In this document: positions 10,270-20,696 of the stretch, piece after piece
Position numbering within the stretch: the stretch's first letter is position 1
How the letters are laid out: every line of letters begins with the position of its first letter
NCBI GenBank assembly: GCA_947246685.1
Contig: CAMXSN010000001.1
Location: 273,643 to 337,642, forward strand
Length of the DNA: 64,000 nucleotides
Source of the DNA: an uncultured Clostridia bacterium
Lineage (GTDB): Bacteria > Bacillota > Clostridia > Christensenellales > UBA3700
Reading direction: 5' to 3'
Position numbers and translations under genes: made by a program
The notes under the pieces: model-generated
Database searches by the model: none
What the model was told of the DNA's origin: nothing
Seen by the model: the letters and a program-made list of their open reading frames with translations, nothing else

Positions 10270-11424
10270 TTATCCGAAAAAGTGCATCAAATCCAGTATG
10301 ATCGCCAGTCCGAACAACGCAATCATTCCGATAAAGTGTATCATACCCTCGACTTTTCTATTTAACGGCTTTCTCCGTATCGCCTCAATTATCGCAAAGA
10401 CAATCCTCGAACCGTCCAACGCAGGCAGCGGCATTACGTTCATGATACCGATGGACACCGATAGAATACAGAAACCGTATATTATCGCCGGAATGCCTGC
10501 TTGCACAAGCTGAGCCAACGAGAAAATCGCCGTTGCGGTACCTCCCATAGACTCGCCTACTGACAATCCGCCGCTGAATACCTGTTTGAGCGAATTGAAT
10601 GTCACTCTCAAAACGTCGTATCCGAACGTCGCGCCGTGAGTAAACGCCTTACCAAACGAAAGTTTCTGCACGCTGAACGCCCCTAGCGCCATGCCTATTC
10701 CTTTATTTTCGCTTACCTTTTCTACCTTGACGGGTTTGCCTTGTTCGTCCTTTTCGTCGCCGTCGACGTAGGTAAGATAATGATGCTTGACTATCTTGAG
10801 CGTTTGCTCCTTTCCGTCTCTGAGCACTTTTACTTCAAGCGTGCCTTCGTCTCCCGCTACCAACGAAGACAACCGGTTATATTCGAGCAAGGAATAGCAA
10901 TTCTTACCGTTGACCGCCAATATAACGTCGCCTTTTTGCAGCTGCTGCGAGTCCTCGACTATTTCGTATGATCCGCCTTCGATATATTCGACGTGCTGAT
11001 ATACTTCGCCCACTATCGGAAAATATTCGCCGTAAGCGGAAAAGAATATTGTAATAACTATAAACGCCGATAGAAAATTAAATCCCGCGCCGGCAAATAA
11101 AACGATGATTCTCTGCCATATAGGTCTGTTGTTGAAATCGTATTCGCTTTCGCCCTCCTCATCTTCTCCCGCGAACGAACAGAATCCTCCGAGAGGCAAT
11201 GCTCTCACGCTAAAGAGTTCCCCTGTCTTTTTGTTTACTTTTCCAAACAACTTCGGTCCGAACCCTATGGAGAATTCGTTGATTTTGAATTTGAAAATCT
11301 TTCCAAACGTATAATGTCCCAGCTCGTGCAACAATATCATAAGCATAAGACAAATCAACGCGACGATAAAATAACCGATCCACTTAAACACTTCAAGCGC
11401 GCTGATAGAAAGACATAGAATCAT
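10270..11424 (-). CDS. rseP: RIP site-2 zinc metalloprotease (RseP/RasP)
   Basis: An HELGH motif in the first TM region, a central PDZ-like segment, and a C-terminal LPALDGSRI motif. The ATG at 11424 has AGAGG 5 nt upstream. The track uses a GTG at 11430. Confidence 0.92.
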   Translation of the reverse strand: MILCLSISALEVFKWIGYFIVALICLMLMILLHELGHYTFGKIFKFKINEFSIGFGPKLFGKVNKKTGELFSVRALPLGGFCSFAGEDEEGESEYDFNNRPIWQRIIVLFAGAGFNFLSAFIVITIFFSAYGEYFPIVGEVYQHVEYIEGGSYEIVEDSQQLQKGDVILAVNGKNCYSLLEYNRLSSLVAGDEGTLEVKVLRDGKEQTLKIVKHHYLTYVDGDEKDEQGKPVKVEKVSENKGIGMALGAFSVQKLSFGKAFTHGATFGYDVLRVTFNSLKQVFSGGLSVGESMGGTATAIFSLAQLVQAGIPAIIYGFCILSVSIGIMNVMPLPALDGSRIVFAIIEAIRRKPLNRKVEGMIHFIGMIALFGLAIILDLMHFFG

Positions 11425-11426
11425 TT

Positions 11427-12563
11427 TCACCTCTTTTCGGCAAGACGTTGCGTCACAAAATCTCTTACCGCTCTGTCGACTTCATATATTTGCGTTTCGC
11501 TTTCGACTCTCTGTCCTTTGTAAAACTCGTCCAAAGCCCGCCGTATATAATAAGGTATGTCGTAAAATTTAATTTTATTATTCAAATAAGCATTTACCAG
11601 AATTTCATTGGCGGCGTTCATTATTATAGGCGCTATCCCCTTTTCTTTAGCGCAATATTTAGCAATAGCAAGACAGGGAAATCTATCTTCGTCGGCTTCT
11701 TCAAACGTAAGATTTTTGCCTACAAAATCAAACTTTTCAAAAGCGAAATTTCCTCTCTCAGGATAAAGCATGGCTATTTGTATGGGAAGACGCATATCCG
11801 GATAACTCATCTGAGCTATTACGCTTCCGTCCGCGTACTCAACCATACTGTGAACGACGCTTTGCCTATGTACCAATACTTTGATATCGTCGCACTCGAC
11901 GCCGAAAAGGTGCATAGCCTCGATTATTTCAAGCCCCTTGTTCATCAAAGTTGCGCTGTCAATAGTGACCTTTGCCCCCATATCCCAGTTGGGATGTTTG
12001 AGCGCGTCGCACGCTTTTGCTTCGATAAGACGGGACTTATCCCAATCTCTGAACGCGCCTCCGCTTGCCGTAAGCAAAATTCTGTATACGTTCTTTGCGA
12101 TGAGAGATTGCCAAATAGCGCTGTGTTCGCTGTCGACAGGAAGAATGTCCACTCCTTTCGCCTTTGCAAGCGGCATAACTAGTTCTCCGCCGGCAACCAA
12201 AGTCTCCTTGTTGGCAAGCGCTACGTCTTTTCCGCTCTCGATAGCTCTTAAAGTAGGTCTCAATCCGCTTATGCCGACAAGCGCGTTGATAAGCAAATCG
12301 GCGGAAGACTCCGCCACTTTACAAATACCCTCGCTCCCCGTATAAACCGTTACGGACGGAAATCTTTCTTTGATTTCTCCTGCCAATACGCCGTCCTGCA
12401 CAGCAACGCATTTCGGCGAATATTTTTCAATCTGAGCGAGTATATCTCTGCTTGCATTACAACACAAACCCACGATGGAAAATTTGTCGGGATATTTTTC
12501 CGCCACTTCGAGAGCCTGAGTACCTATCGACCCCGTACTGCCGAGAATTATAACTTTTTTCAT
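11427..12563 (-). CDS. dxr: 1-deoxy-D-xylulose 5-phosphate reductoisomerase
   Basis: The start MKKVIILGSTGSIGTQ carries the NADPH-binding motif. The track ORF is extended by 9 aa. Confidence 0.95.
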   Translation of the reverse strand: MKKVIILGSTGSIGTQALEVAEKYPDKFSIVGLCCNASRDILAQIEKYSPKCVAVQDGVLAGEIKERFPSVTVYTGSEGICKVAESSADLLINALVGISGLRPTLRAIESGKDVALANKETLVAGGELVMPLAKAKGVDILPVDSEHSAIWQSLIAKNVYRILLTASGGAFRDWDKSRLIEAKACDALKHPNWDMGAKVTIDSATLMNKGLEIIEAMHLFGVECDDIKVLVHRQSVVHSMVEYADGSVIAQMSYPDMRLPIQIAMLYPERGNFAFEKFDFVGKNLTFEEADEDRFPCLAIAKYCAKEKGIAPIIMNAANEILVNAYLNNKIKFYDIPYYIRRALDEFYKGQRVESETQIYEVDRAVRDFVTQRLAEKR

Positions 12564-12567
12564 ATCT

Positions 12568-13452
12568 CTATACCGCATTTGCCGCCGCAACGACGTTGAT
12601 TACCAAATATACCGCAGGCAACATAAATATAATGCTGTCCAATCTGTCCATCATTCCGCCGTGACCGGGAAAAATTTTGCCGAAATCTTTTATACCCGCT
12701 TTTCTTTTTATCCAGCTGGCGCCGAGATCTCCGACTTCGCTCAACACTCCGCCTACAAGTCCGATAGCGGCGTAAATAAAGCCTGACGCAAGCAAACTGT
12801 CCGATATCTTCATTATTCCGACGTTGTTGAAATTGACAAACAATCCCGTGACGTCGAATAGCACGAATACAAGCATTGCGCCGATAATGCCGCCCAGTAT
12901 TCCGCCGACAGCGCCGCTTATCGTCTTCTTGGGGCTTATGTTGGGACAAAGTTTCTTGCCTTTGAACGTCACGCCTACAAAATAAGCCATCGTATCCGTC
13001 ATTATCGGTATAAACAACGCCAGAAAAATTCCCAACATACCGTAATTGCTGTGATTGATCAGGAAAAACGTCGAGAAAATCCCCAATGGATAGATGAGAA
13101 TAAATATCGTAGCCAATACGTCTTTGAGTTCGAATTTATGTATCAAAGTAAATTCTACGATCGCGATCATAACGGCTATAAACAACGTAACCAATATGCC
13201 CACTTCGCCTTTGCCCGAAAATTTATCGAAAACAAGCGTCAGCGGATAAATCGCAACACTGCCGAAAATCAAACTGCCCTTTATAGCGTGATAGTCGGCC
13301 TTTTTGAACGCTTGAGCCATTTCATATACGCCGAGACAGCATATGAGCACGCCTACTACATCGGCAAACTCAACATAAATCTGTCGAAATCCCAACAAAG
13401 TGGCAAATATCAATATCAGAAGCACGGCTGCCGTTAAAATTCTTTTTAACAT
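12568..13452 (-). CDS. cdsA: Phosphatidate cytidylyltransferase
   Basis: Signature SWIKRKAGIKDFGKIFPGHGGMMDRLDS in a polytopic membrane protein. Confidence 0.94.
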   Translation of the reverse strand: MLKRILTAAVLLILIFATLLGFRQIYVEFADVVGVLICCLGVYEMAQAFKKADYHAIKGSLIFGSVAIYPLTLVFDKFSGKGEVGILVTLFIAVMIAIVEFTLIHKFELKDVLATIFILIYPLGIFSTFFLINHSNYGMLGIFLALFIPIMTDTMAYFVGVTFKGKKLCPNISPKKTISGAVGGILGGIIGAMLVFVLFDVTGLFVNFNNVGIMKISDSLLASGFIYAAIGLVGGVLSEVGDLGASWIKRKAGIKDFGKIFPGHGGMMDRLDSIIFMLPAVYLVINVVAAANAV

Positions 13453-14150
13453 TATTTTACTCCTCCGAATCTCCTGTCTCTCTGCGAATATTCTTTCAAG
13501 ATATCCGTAAGAGTGTCTTTACCGAAATCCGGCCAATTCTTTTCAACGAAAATCAGTTCGCTGTAAGCGCACTGCCAAAGCATAAAATTGCTGAGTCTTT
13601 TTTCCCCGCTTGAACGAACGATTAGATCAAGTGGCGGCAAAGCCGCTGTATACAGACAATCCTCAAACATCTCGGCGTCGATTTCTCTTAGCCCCGACTG
13701 CAATATCGTGTTGACTGCTCTGACAATTTCCTGCCTTCCGCCGTAATTCAACGCTATATTGACTATAACTCCCGTATTATTCTTAGCTGCGTCTACGACT
13801 TTTTGTATTGCCTTAAACGTCGTCTTGGGAAGTTGGGACAAATCCCCGCTGAACATTATGCGATAACCCCTCTCGACGTACTTTTTCAACTCGTTCTTTG
13901 CAAACTGCGTTATCAAAGAAAAGAGAAATTTGATTTCCGCCTGCGGTCTTTTGGACCAATTTTCGCAAGAAAAAGCATAAACGCTGACAGCGTCAATGCC
14001 AACTTCCGAACACGCGTCCACCATGACTTTGAGAGCTTCGGCGCCTTGTCTGTGCCCTTCGCTTCTCGACAGTCCTTTAGCGGATGCCCACCGTCCGTTG
14101 CCGTCCATTATAAAAGCTATATGTCTTGGAATTTTGAGTTGATTATCCAT
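13452..14150 (-). CDS. uppS: Undecaprenyl diphosphate synthase
   Basis: Motif HIAFIMDGNGRWA, with RLSNFMLWQ near the C-terminus. Confidence 0.96.
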   Translation of the reverse strand: MDNQLKIPRHIAFIMDGNGRWASAKGLSRSEGHRQGAEALKVMVDACSEVGIDAVSVYAFSCENWSKRPQAEIKFLFSLITQFAKNELKKYVERGYRIMFSGDLSQLPKTTFKAIQKVVDAAKNNTGVIVNIALNYGGRQEIVRAVNTILQSGLREIDAEMFEDCLYTAALPPLDLIVRSSGEKRLSNFMLWQCAYSELIFVEKNWPDFGKDTLTDILKEYSQRDRRFGGVK

Positions 14151-14172
14151 ATTTCCTTTTATCGACAGTTTG

Positions 14173-14748
14173 TTATACCGACAGAATTTCCTGTTCTTTT
14201 TCCTTAGTCATTTTATCGACGAAATCAATCTGTTCGGCAAGTTTTTTATCCACGTCCTTTTCGTATACCGCCGCTTCGTCTTCTGATATCAAACTGTCTT
14301 TTTTGAATTTTTTGATACTGTCGTTGATATCTCTCCTTGCATTTCTCAAAGCGACTTTTGTATTCTCTGCCATTGCTTTAAGCGATTTGCAAAGTTCCTT
14401 TCTTCTCTCTTGAGTAAGCTCTGGGAAAATCATTCTGATTACTTTGCCGTCGTTGTTGGGAGTGATGCCCGTATTTGCGGCAATGATTGCCTTCTCAACC
14501 TCTTTTAATATCGAAGTGTCCCATACGGTGATCATCAACATTCTTGCTTCGGGAGTTTGTATATTGCCAATCTGTTTGAGTGGAGTAGGAACTCCGTAAT
14601 AGTCCACGACTATCTTATCGAGAATGTGAGGATTTGCTCTTCCCGCTTTCATATTATTGAATTCATACTGCAATGACGCAATGCTTTTGTCCATTTTTGT
14701 CTCGAATTCATCGAATATTTCCAAAATTTCAATTTGCTCGTAAGCCAT
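14173..14748 (-). CDS. frr: Ribosome recycling factor
   Basis: The start MAYEQIE at 14748 is preceded by AAGGAGA. The track ORF has a 19-aa false N-terminal extension. Confidence 0.95.
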   Translation of the reverse strand: MAYEQIEILEIFDEFETKMDKSIASLQYEFNNMKAGRANPHILDKIVVDYYGVPTPLKQIGNIQTPEARMLMITVWDTSILKEVEKAIIAANTGITPNNDGKVIRMIFPELTQERRKELCKSLKAMAENTKVALRNARRDINDSIKKFKKDSLISEDEAAVYEKDVDKKLAEQIDFVDKMTKEKEQEILSV

Positions 14749-14883
14749 AATGATCTCCTTAAAATTTGCTATCATAATTATAGCAAAACTTGAGAGCAAA
14801 CACAATGCTTTTACTTATTTTTATTTGCGTATTTAATATATATTATATATAATTTACATTATTGTTTCTTAATATACGGCAGT

Positions 14884-14908
14884 CAAAAACGGGACGCATT
14901 GCGTCCCG
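14884..14908 (-). terminator. Rho-independent terminator after pyrH
   Basis: Minus strand: CGGGACGC-aat-GCGTCCCG followed by TTTTTG. Confidence 0.75.
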
Positions 14909-14938
14909 TCGAACATATAACCTTGATAATATGCGCCG

Positions 14939-15712
<774 letters not shown>

Positions 15713-15733
15713 TTAAGTTTTCCTTTTGATTAA

Positions 15734-16609
15734 TTAAGCTTTCTTAGCGCTGTTGATTTGCGCCTGAACTTCGTCCGCCAAATTCTCTTCTTTCTTTTCG
15801 AGTCCTTCGCCCATTACAAAACGGGTAAATCTTACGACGTCTGCGCCAGCTTCTTTGAGCAATGCCTTGATTGTCTTGTCTCCGTCTTTTACAAACGGCT
15901 GTTCAACAAGACAGACTTCTTTATAATACTTATTGATACGTCCCTCGACCATCTTCTCGATAATGTTGATGGGCTTTGGCTTATCTTCGTTGAGCGCCTG
16001 AGCTTTGAGAATTTCTTTCTCTTTCTCGATTTCGTCTTGAGGAACTTCGTCTACTTTGACGTAGGAAGGATTAGCCGCTGCGATCTGCATAGCGATATCG
16101 TGCGCAAGTTCGTCGCTTGCGTTAGCGCTCATTTCTACCAAAACGCCTATCTTGCCGCCCATATGGATATAGCTTTCCAACTTATTGTCCTTAGCCGCAT
16201 ATTTTGCAAATCTGCGAATTGCAATCTTTTCGCCGATCTTCGCGACTGCTTCAGCCAAAGCGTCAGCCATACCTGCATTGACGTCGTCAACGCCGTTTAC
16301 GTCGTGCTCTGCTATATATTTAGCAACCTCGAGAACAAAAGATTTATACTGCTCGCCTCTTGCAACGAAGTCGGATTCGCAGTTAACTTCTACCAACACT
16401 CCGAATTTACCGTCGTTGTATGCTTCTACCGTGCCTTGCGATGCGATTTTGCCGGCGCGTTTAGCGCTTGTAGCCATACCTTTTTCTCTCAATATTTCTA
16501 CAGCTTTTTCCATATCGCCGTCGGATTCGATAAGAGCTTTTTTGCAATCCATCATTCCGACGCCGGTCTTAGCGCGCAAATCCATCACGTCTTTATTTGT
16601 AAATGCCAT
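15734..16609 (-). CDS. tsf: Elongation factor Ts
   Basis: N-terminus MAFTNKDVMDLRAKTGVGMMDCKKAL. Confidence 0.96.
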   Translation of the reverse strand: MAFTNKDVMDLRAKTGVGMMDCKKALIESDGDMEKAVEILREKGMATSAKRAGKIASQGTVEAYNDGKFGVLVEVNCESDFVARGEQYKSFVLEVAKYIAEHDVNGVDDVNAGMADALAEAVAKIGEKIAIRRFAKYAAKDNKLESYIHMGGKIGVLVEMSANASDELAHDIAMQIAAANPSYVKVDEVPQDEIEKEKEILKAQALNEDKPKPINIIEKMVEGRINKYYKEVCLVEQPFVKDGDKTIKALLKEAGADVVRFTRFVMGEGLEKKEENLADEVQAQINSAKKA

Positions 16610-16626
16610 ATCTTTGCACCTCCGAA

Positions 16627-17415
16627 TTATTCTGCGTCTGCCGCAACAGGCTCTTCAGCCTTTTCCTGAGCGACAGCTTCTTTGTTTGCTTCTTCTGCGT
16701 TGTTTTCGCCTTCTTCGTCAACGGAGAAAGTAATACCTTCGTTTGCCTCGATTACGGCGTTTGCCATTATGCCGGCAATAAGTTTGATTGCGCGAATAGC
16801 GTCGTCGTTGCCGGGAATGACGTAATCGACGAGCTCGGGATTACAGTTAGTATCCACCAATCCTACTACGGGTATGCCCAGCTTACGAGCTTCTTTAACC
16901 GCAATGTCTTCGTTGTTGATATCAACTACGAACATACATCCCGGAAGTTGAGTCATATCTTTGATACCGCCGAGGTTTGCCTCGAGCTTATCTCTTTCGG
17001 CTTTGAGCATTGCGACTTCTTTTTTCGGCAAAAGCTCAAATTGACCTATAAGTTCCATTTGATTGATCTTGTTGAGTCTTTCTATACGGCTTCTGATGGT
17101 CTTGAAATTGGTAAGCGTGCCGCCCAACCATCTTTGATTCATATAGAACATTCCGCAACGCAAAGCTTCTTCTTTGATAGCTTCCTGAGCCTGTTTCTTG
17201 GTGCCGACGAAAAGAATGGATTTACCCTCTTTTGCTACGTCTCTTACGAATGCGTAAGCCTTCTCTACTTGCTCAACGGAAATCTGAAGATCGATAATAT
17301 GAATATCGTTTCTGGCCGCATAGATGTATTTGTTCATCTTAGGGTTCCATTTCTTTGTTTGGTGTCCGAAGTGTACACCTGCCTCCAAGAGGCTTTTCAT
17401 TGTTACTACTGCCAT
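16627..17415 (-). CDS. rpsB: 30S ribosomal protein S2 (with acidic C-terminal tail)
   Basis: The start [27 protein letters not shown] at 17415 is preceded by AAAGGAGAA. Confidence 0.96.
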   Translation of the reverse strand: MAVVTMKSLLEAGVHFGHQTKKWNPKMNKYIYAARNDIHIIDLQISVEQVEKAYAFVRDVAKEGKSILFVGTKKQAQEAIKEEALRCGMFYMNQRWLGGTLTNFKTIRSRIERLNKINQMELIGQFELLPKKEVAMLKAERDKLEANLGGIKDMTQLPGCMFVVDINNEDIAVKEARKLGIPVVGLVDTNCNPELVDYVIPGNDDAIRAIKLIAGIMANAVIEANEGITFSVDEEGENNAEEANKEAVAQEKAEEPVAADAE

Positions 17416-17527
17416 TTTTTGATTCTCCTTTTTTTGTTTGTTCTTCCTCGAAATTTTCGCTTTCGGCAACTTGTTGGCATACAAGCAACTGCCTGTGCTG
17501 ACTTCGAGTGTTTATTTGCTATTTGGT

Positions 17528-17556
17528 ATTCTATCATATAAAAAAAGTTTTTGCAA
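17528..17556 (-). promoter_or_regulatory. Sigma-A promoter of rpsB-tsf
   Basis: Minus strand: TTGCAA, 17 nt, TAGAAT, about 110 nt upstream of the rpsB ATG. Confidence 0.55.
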
Positions 17557-17605
17557 ACAAAATTTATATAATTATATAATAAATATAATATCTGCGGTTG
17601 CGACG

Positions 17606-18970
17606 TCAGTTTTCCCCTTCCGCTCCCTCGATCGCATTAATAGCAAGCGAAAGCTCCAACCTTCTTCTCATCATCTCGCAAGACACGTCGTAAGGCTTGT
17701 CCATAGCGCCTGCAAAATTGAGATTGTTGGCAACGCAACCTCCGCTGCAATAGTATTTTGCCATACATTCGGCGCAATCGGGCTTATTTGTGACTATATT
17801 ACGGGCAAACTTTTCCGACACCGATAAATCCAAATCGCCTTCGAACACACTGCCCATATAATAATCTTTATTCTCGGCAAACTGATGGCAAGGATATAAT
17901 CCTCCCGTGGGAGTAATCGCCAAATATTCGCAGCCCGAACCGCATCCGGTAAGCCGCTTGACAAGGCACGGTCCGCCCTCCAAATCTATCATGAAATGGA
18001 AAAAATTAAACCACTTATCCGTCTTTCTTCTGTCGATATAATTCTCTGCCAATCTGTCGTATTCGGCAAGTATTCGCGGCAAATGCTCTTTGGTAATTTT
18101 AAGGTCTTCTATGTCGGTAACAACCGGTTCGATGGATATTTGATCAAAACCCATATCGTTGAGAGCCAGAACGTCGTCGGCAAAATCAAGATTTTTTGCG
18201 GTAAACGTACCTCTCACGTAATACGATTTATCCCCTCTGACCTTGGCAAATTTGACGGCGTTGCCTGCGATAAGCGAATAGCAATCTTTGCCGTTGACGG
18301 CTTTTCTCACCGCATTGTGCACGCATTCTCTTCCGTCGATACTCAATACCACGTTGTGCATTTCTTTATTGAGCCATTCTATTGCGCTGTCGTTGAGCAG
18401 CACGCAATTAGTCGTCATGGTAAAATCGAAATGCTTTCCGCTTTCCGTTTCTCTAGACCTTGCGTATTTGACAATCGATTTGACGACGTCTAAATTCATC
18501 AGCGGTTCTCCGCCGAAAAAGTCCACTTCGAGATTACGGCGTTTTCCCGAATGCGCGATAAGGAAATCTATTGCTTTCCTTCCGACTTCCTCGCTCATAT
18601 AGGCTCTTTCGCTCGTATGATACGTACCCTCGTCGGCAAAGCAATATTTGCATCTGAGGTTGCAATCGTTGCAGATATGCAAACACAAAGCTTTGATCTC
18701 CCCGATTTTTTTGGCTTTTGCGTATGTTTTGCACGGCGTATTGAGCGTTCCCATGCTCTCGAGCTCGTCGAATTCTTCTTTAATACAATTCAATTCCGAC
18801 GCGTCTATACGATTGTAATCTGAGTTTTCTTGTTGAGACATAGCCTGTCCGTATCTTTTTTTTGCATACAAAAAAGCGACATAATCCACGTTATGCAGAC
18901 TGCCACTCTCATTGTCCCAAATAAAATGATAAGCTCTGTCGTGATAGCAGAAACTAAAAGCGTGTACCAT
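17606..18970 (-). CDS. scfB: SCIFF radical SAM/SPASM thioether-forming peptide maturase
   Basis: A CNDCNLRCKYCF radical SAM cluster and a C-terminal Cys-rich SPASM region (CGSGCEY, CAECMAKYYCSGGC). It lies immediately downstream of a SCIFF precursor. Confidence 0.9.
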   Translation of the reverse strand: MVHAFSFCYHDRAYHFIWDNESGSLHNVDYVAFLYAKKRYGQAMSQQENSDYNRIDASELNCIKEEFDELESMGTLNTPCKTYAKAKKIGEIKALCLHICNDCNLRCKYCFADEGTYHTSERAYMSEEVGRKAIDFLIAHSGKRRNLEVDFFGGEPLMNLDVVKSIVKYARSRETESGKHFDFTMTTNCVLLNDSAIEWLNKEMHNVVLSIDGRECVHNAVRKAVNGKDCYSLIAGNAVKFAKVRGDKSYYVRGTFTAKNLDFADDVLALNDMGFDQISIEPVVTDIEDLKITKEHLPRILAEYDRLAENYIDRRKTDKWFNFFHFMIDLEGGPCLVKRLTGCGSGCEYLAITPTGGLYPCHQFAENKDYYMGSVFEGDLDLSVSEKFARNIVTNKPDCAECMAKYYCSGGCVANNLNFAGAMDKPYDVSCEMMRRRLELSLAINAIEGAEGEN

Positions 18971-18986
18971 TATTTGAAAGTTATTA

Positions 18987-19160
18987 TTATATTAAAGGTT
19001 TTCTCGTTGCGTTGATCTTTTCGTCACGGTTTTTGCAGCTCTGATTGCCTACCGTGCAGGAAGTCTTGCATGCCGACTGGCAGCTGGACTGACATTCGCC
19101 GCAACCTACGTTGCCGCTTTTTCTCATAGAATTCGTAACGATGCTGTTGATATGTTTCAT
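18987..19160 (-). CDS. scfA: Six-cysteine peptide SCIFF precursor (57 aa; below the ORF-track size cutoff)
   Basis: My translation is MKHINSIVTNSMRKSGNVGCGECQSSCQSACKTSCTVGNQSCKNRDEKINATRKPLI. A GGAGG SD lies 4 nt before the ATG. The core GCGECQSSCQSACKTSCTVGNQSC matches the SCIFF signature. Confidence 0.9.
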   Translation of the reverse strand: MKHINSIVTNSMRKSGNVGCGECQSSCQSACKTSCTVGNQSCKNRDEKINATRKPLI

Positions 19161-19269
19161 ATATCCTCCGCTCTAATAATTTGATATTTATTATTTATAT
19201 AATATAATATTTTAATAAAGATAGCAAGTGTTTTTTGCATTTAATTGCTCGGAAATATGACTAAACTCG

Positions 19270-19662
19270 TCAACTTTCTTTACCCTTTCGCACGTTGACG
19301 GTAAAAATACCGCTCAGCAGCCCCGCTATCAAACAGAAAATGACGTCGAACGCAGTCAGCGGATTCACCGCAAACGACCCGTTGATCAGCGAAAATATCA
19401 GATAGGATATCAATACGAAAAACAGTCCGATAATGCATCCTTTGAACAGTCCTTGTTTCCCCGATTTTATAGCCAAAAGCGTACCGAAAAATATGCTGAT
19501 TATCTTCAAAAATATATTGACTATTTGAACGGCTTTTGCCGACAAATTGGCAAACTTGACGACAACTGCAAAAATTATCACCGTCAACAGCGATATCAAT
19601 ATCGCAAATAATATTCCCTTGAACATTTCAAAAAAATCTCTTTTATTAAGTTTAAGCGCCAT
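19270..19662 (-). CDS. Small four-TM membrane protein (possibly TIGR04086/YrzE-like)
   Basis: It has a hydrophobic helix pattern. The ATG at 19662 is preceded by GGAGG. The track starts 2 codons earlier at a GTG. Confidence 0.7.
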   Translation of the reverse strand: MALKLNKRDFFEMFKGILFAILISLLTVIIFAVVVKFANLSAKAVQIVNIFLKIISIFFGTLLAIKSGKQGLFKGCIIGLFFVLISYLIFSLINGSFAVNPLTAFDVIFCLIAGLLSGIFTVNVRKGKES

Positions 19663-19735
19663 ATACACTCCTCCCGAATAAATTATATGACGCCTAAGTC
19701 TTAAATATTATTTATATTTGCAATCTCTCTTGGTA

Positions 19736-20614
19736 TCACCCGTTTTTCTCGCAACGTCCGCATTGGGAGCATCCGTTGCATATCGGACGGCTTCCGCAAT
19801 TGGCGCATCTTCCGATAAATTCCGCTCTATAACAATCTTCGTCTATCGGCAGCCCCAATCTATCCCGCAGATCGAATACCGTCTTTTTGCCGATAAATGA
19901 CAGCCCCTCTTCGCCGGCGATTCTCGCCTGCAATAACTTGTCGCGCATACGGTAAGAGCGACCGTTCTTGACATAATGATTTCCCGTCTCGATAAAAGCA
20001 AACGTCACGTTTGAATCAACGCATTCGTCGTGAAGTCTCTTTACCCACTCGTAACGGCATTCTCTTGCTCCGTCGTAATTTTCGCCGCCGCATATAACTT
20101 GTTCTATAAATCCTTCTTCAAGATAGCGAGCAATAGAAATCTCACCTATCAGCGGCGCTGCCATGATTCCTTTATGCGCAAACGGCAAATCTCTCATTAT
20201 TGGAATTCGCTCGTCCGCTCTCTTCTGATTTTCGCACGTAATATTGAAAAACACGTTTCCCCATCCGTCGCCCCAATCCGCCGGCAAACACTTCTCGACT
20301 CTCTGCGGACGCTTGGTCAGCAAGAAGAATTTGACGTCAGGCCGCTCGTATATCACGTTCCAAGCTTCCTCCCGCCACTCATCCGCCTGTTCTATAAAAA
20401 AATCCGAAGTCAAACAAACTCTGAGCGTTTCCCCGCTTTTGATATGAAACTGTCCTTTTCTGTTGCGCGAAAGCGGATAATACATGCTGTCGGTCTTTCT
20501 CACTTTAGAGCTGTCGCCGTTGCCGTGTATTCTGTCAAGATAATACATATAACAGTTTTCGCATCCCTCGCTGCATTTTATGCAGCCGTGCCAAGGATTC
20601 CATATATCTCGCAT
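19736..20614 (-). CDS. DUF5131 (Gp37/Gp68)-like protein with a CxxxCxxC motif and a C-terminal Cys cluster
   Basis: The N-terminus is WNPWHGCIKCSEGCENCYMY, followed by LLTKRPQRV. The C-terminus is CANCGSRPICNGCSQCGRC. Confidence 0.7.
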   Translation of the reverse strand: MRDIWNPWHGCIKCSEGCENCYMYYLDRIHGNGDSSKVRKTDSMYYPLSRNRKGQFHIKSGETLRVCLTSDFFIEQADEWREEAWNVIYERPDVKFFLLTKRPQRVEKCLPADWGDGWGNVFFNITCENQKRADERIPIMRDLPFAHKGIMAAPLIGEISIARYLEEGFIEQVICGGENYDGARECRYEWVKRLHDECVDSNVTFAFIETGNHYVKNGRSYRMRDKLLQARIAGEEGLSFIGKKTVFDLRDRLGLPIDEDCYRAEFIGRCANCGSRPICNGCSQCGRCEKNG

Positions 20615-20638
20615 ATCAATTCATCCGCTCTCATTTTG

Positions 20639-20665
20639 CAAAAATAGACGGTCAAACCCGTCTAT
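20639..20665 (-). terminator. Rho-independent terminator after yajC
   Basis: Minus strand: ATAGACGG-gtttga-CCGTCTAT followed by TTTTTG. Confidence 0.7.
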
Positions 20666-20696
20666 TTTGATTTCTGATATCTATTGTTGCGTCAAA

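Noticed and set aside
12560-12949. A 129-aa Arg-rich minus-strand ORF overlapping cdsA in another frame. Similar cases are 33042-33371, 38892-39278, 43247-43546, 49369-49827 and 51952-52365.
   Set aside because: These are alternative frames inside strongly supported genes. They have biased R/S-rich composition and no independent start signals.
14766-14786. A 7-bp inverted repeat, TTGCTAT-N7-ATAGCAA, overlapping the putative frr -10 region.
   Set aside because: It is short and AT-rich, and I found no second copy, so there is not enough evidence to call it an operator.
14749-14805. N-terminal extensions in the ORF-track models of frr, pyrH, rpsB, queA, ruvX, sigG, sigK, engB, rsmH, mraY, truB and dxr.
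   Set aside because: Homology-consistent N-termini, preceded by good SD sequences or stop/start overlaps, lie downstream. The extensions cross terminators or upstream genes.
19736-20614. A possible prophage or mobile element, suggested by the phage Gp37/Gp68 (DUF5131) family label.
   Set aside because: There is no integrase, terminase, capsid, repeat or att-like sequence, and no compositional break nearby. The flanks are conserved core genes.
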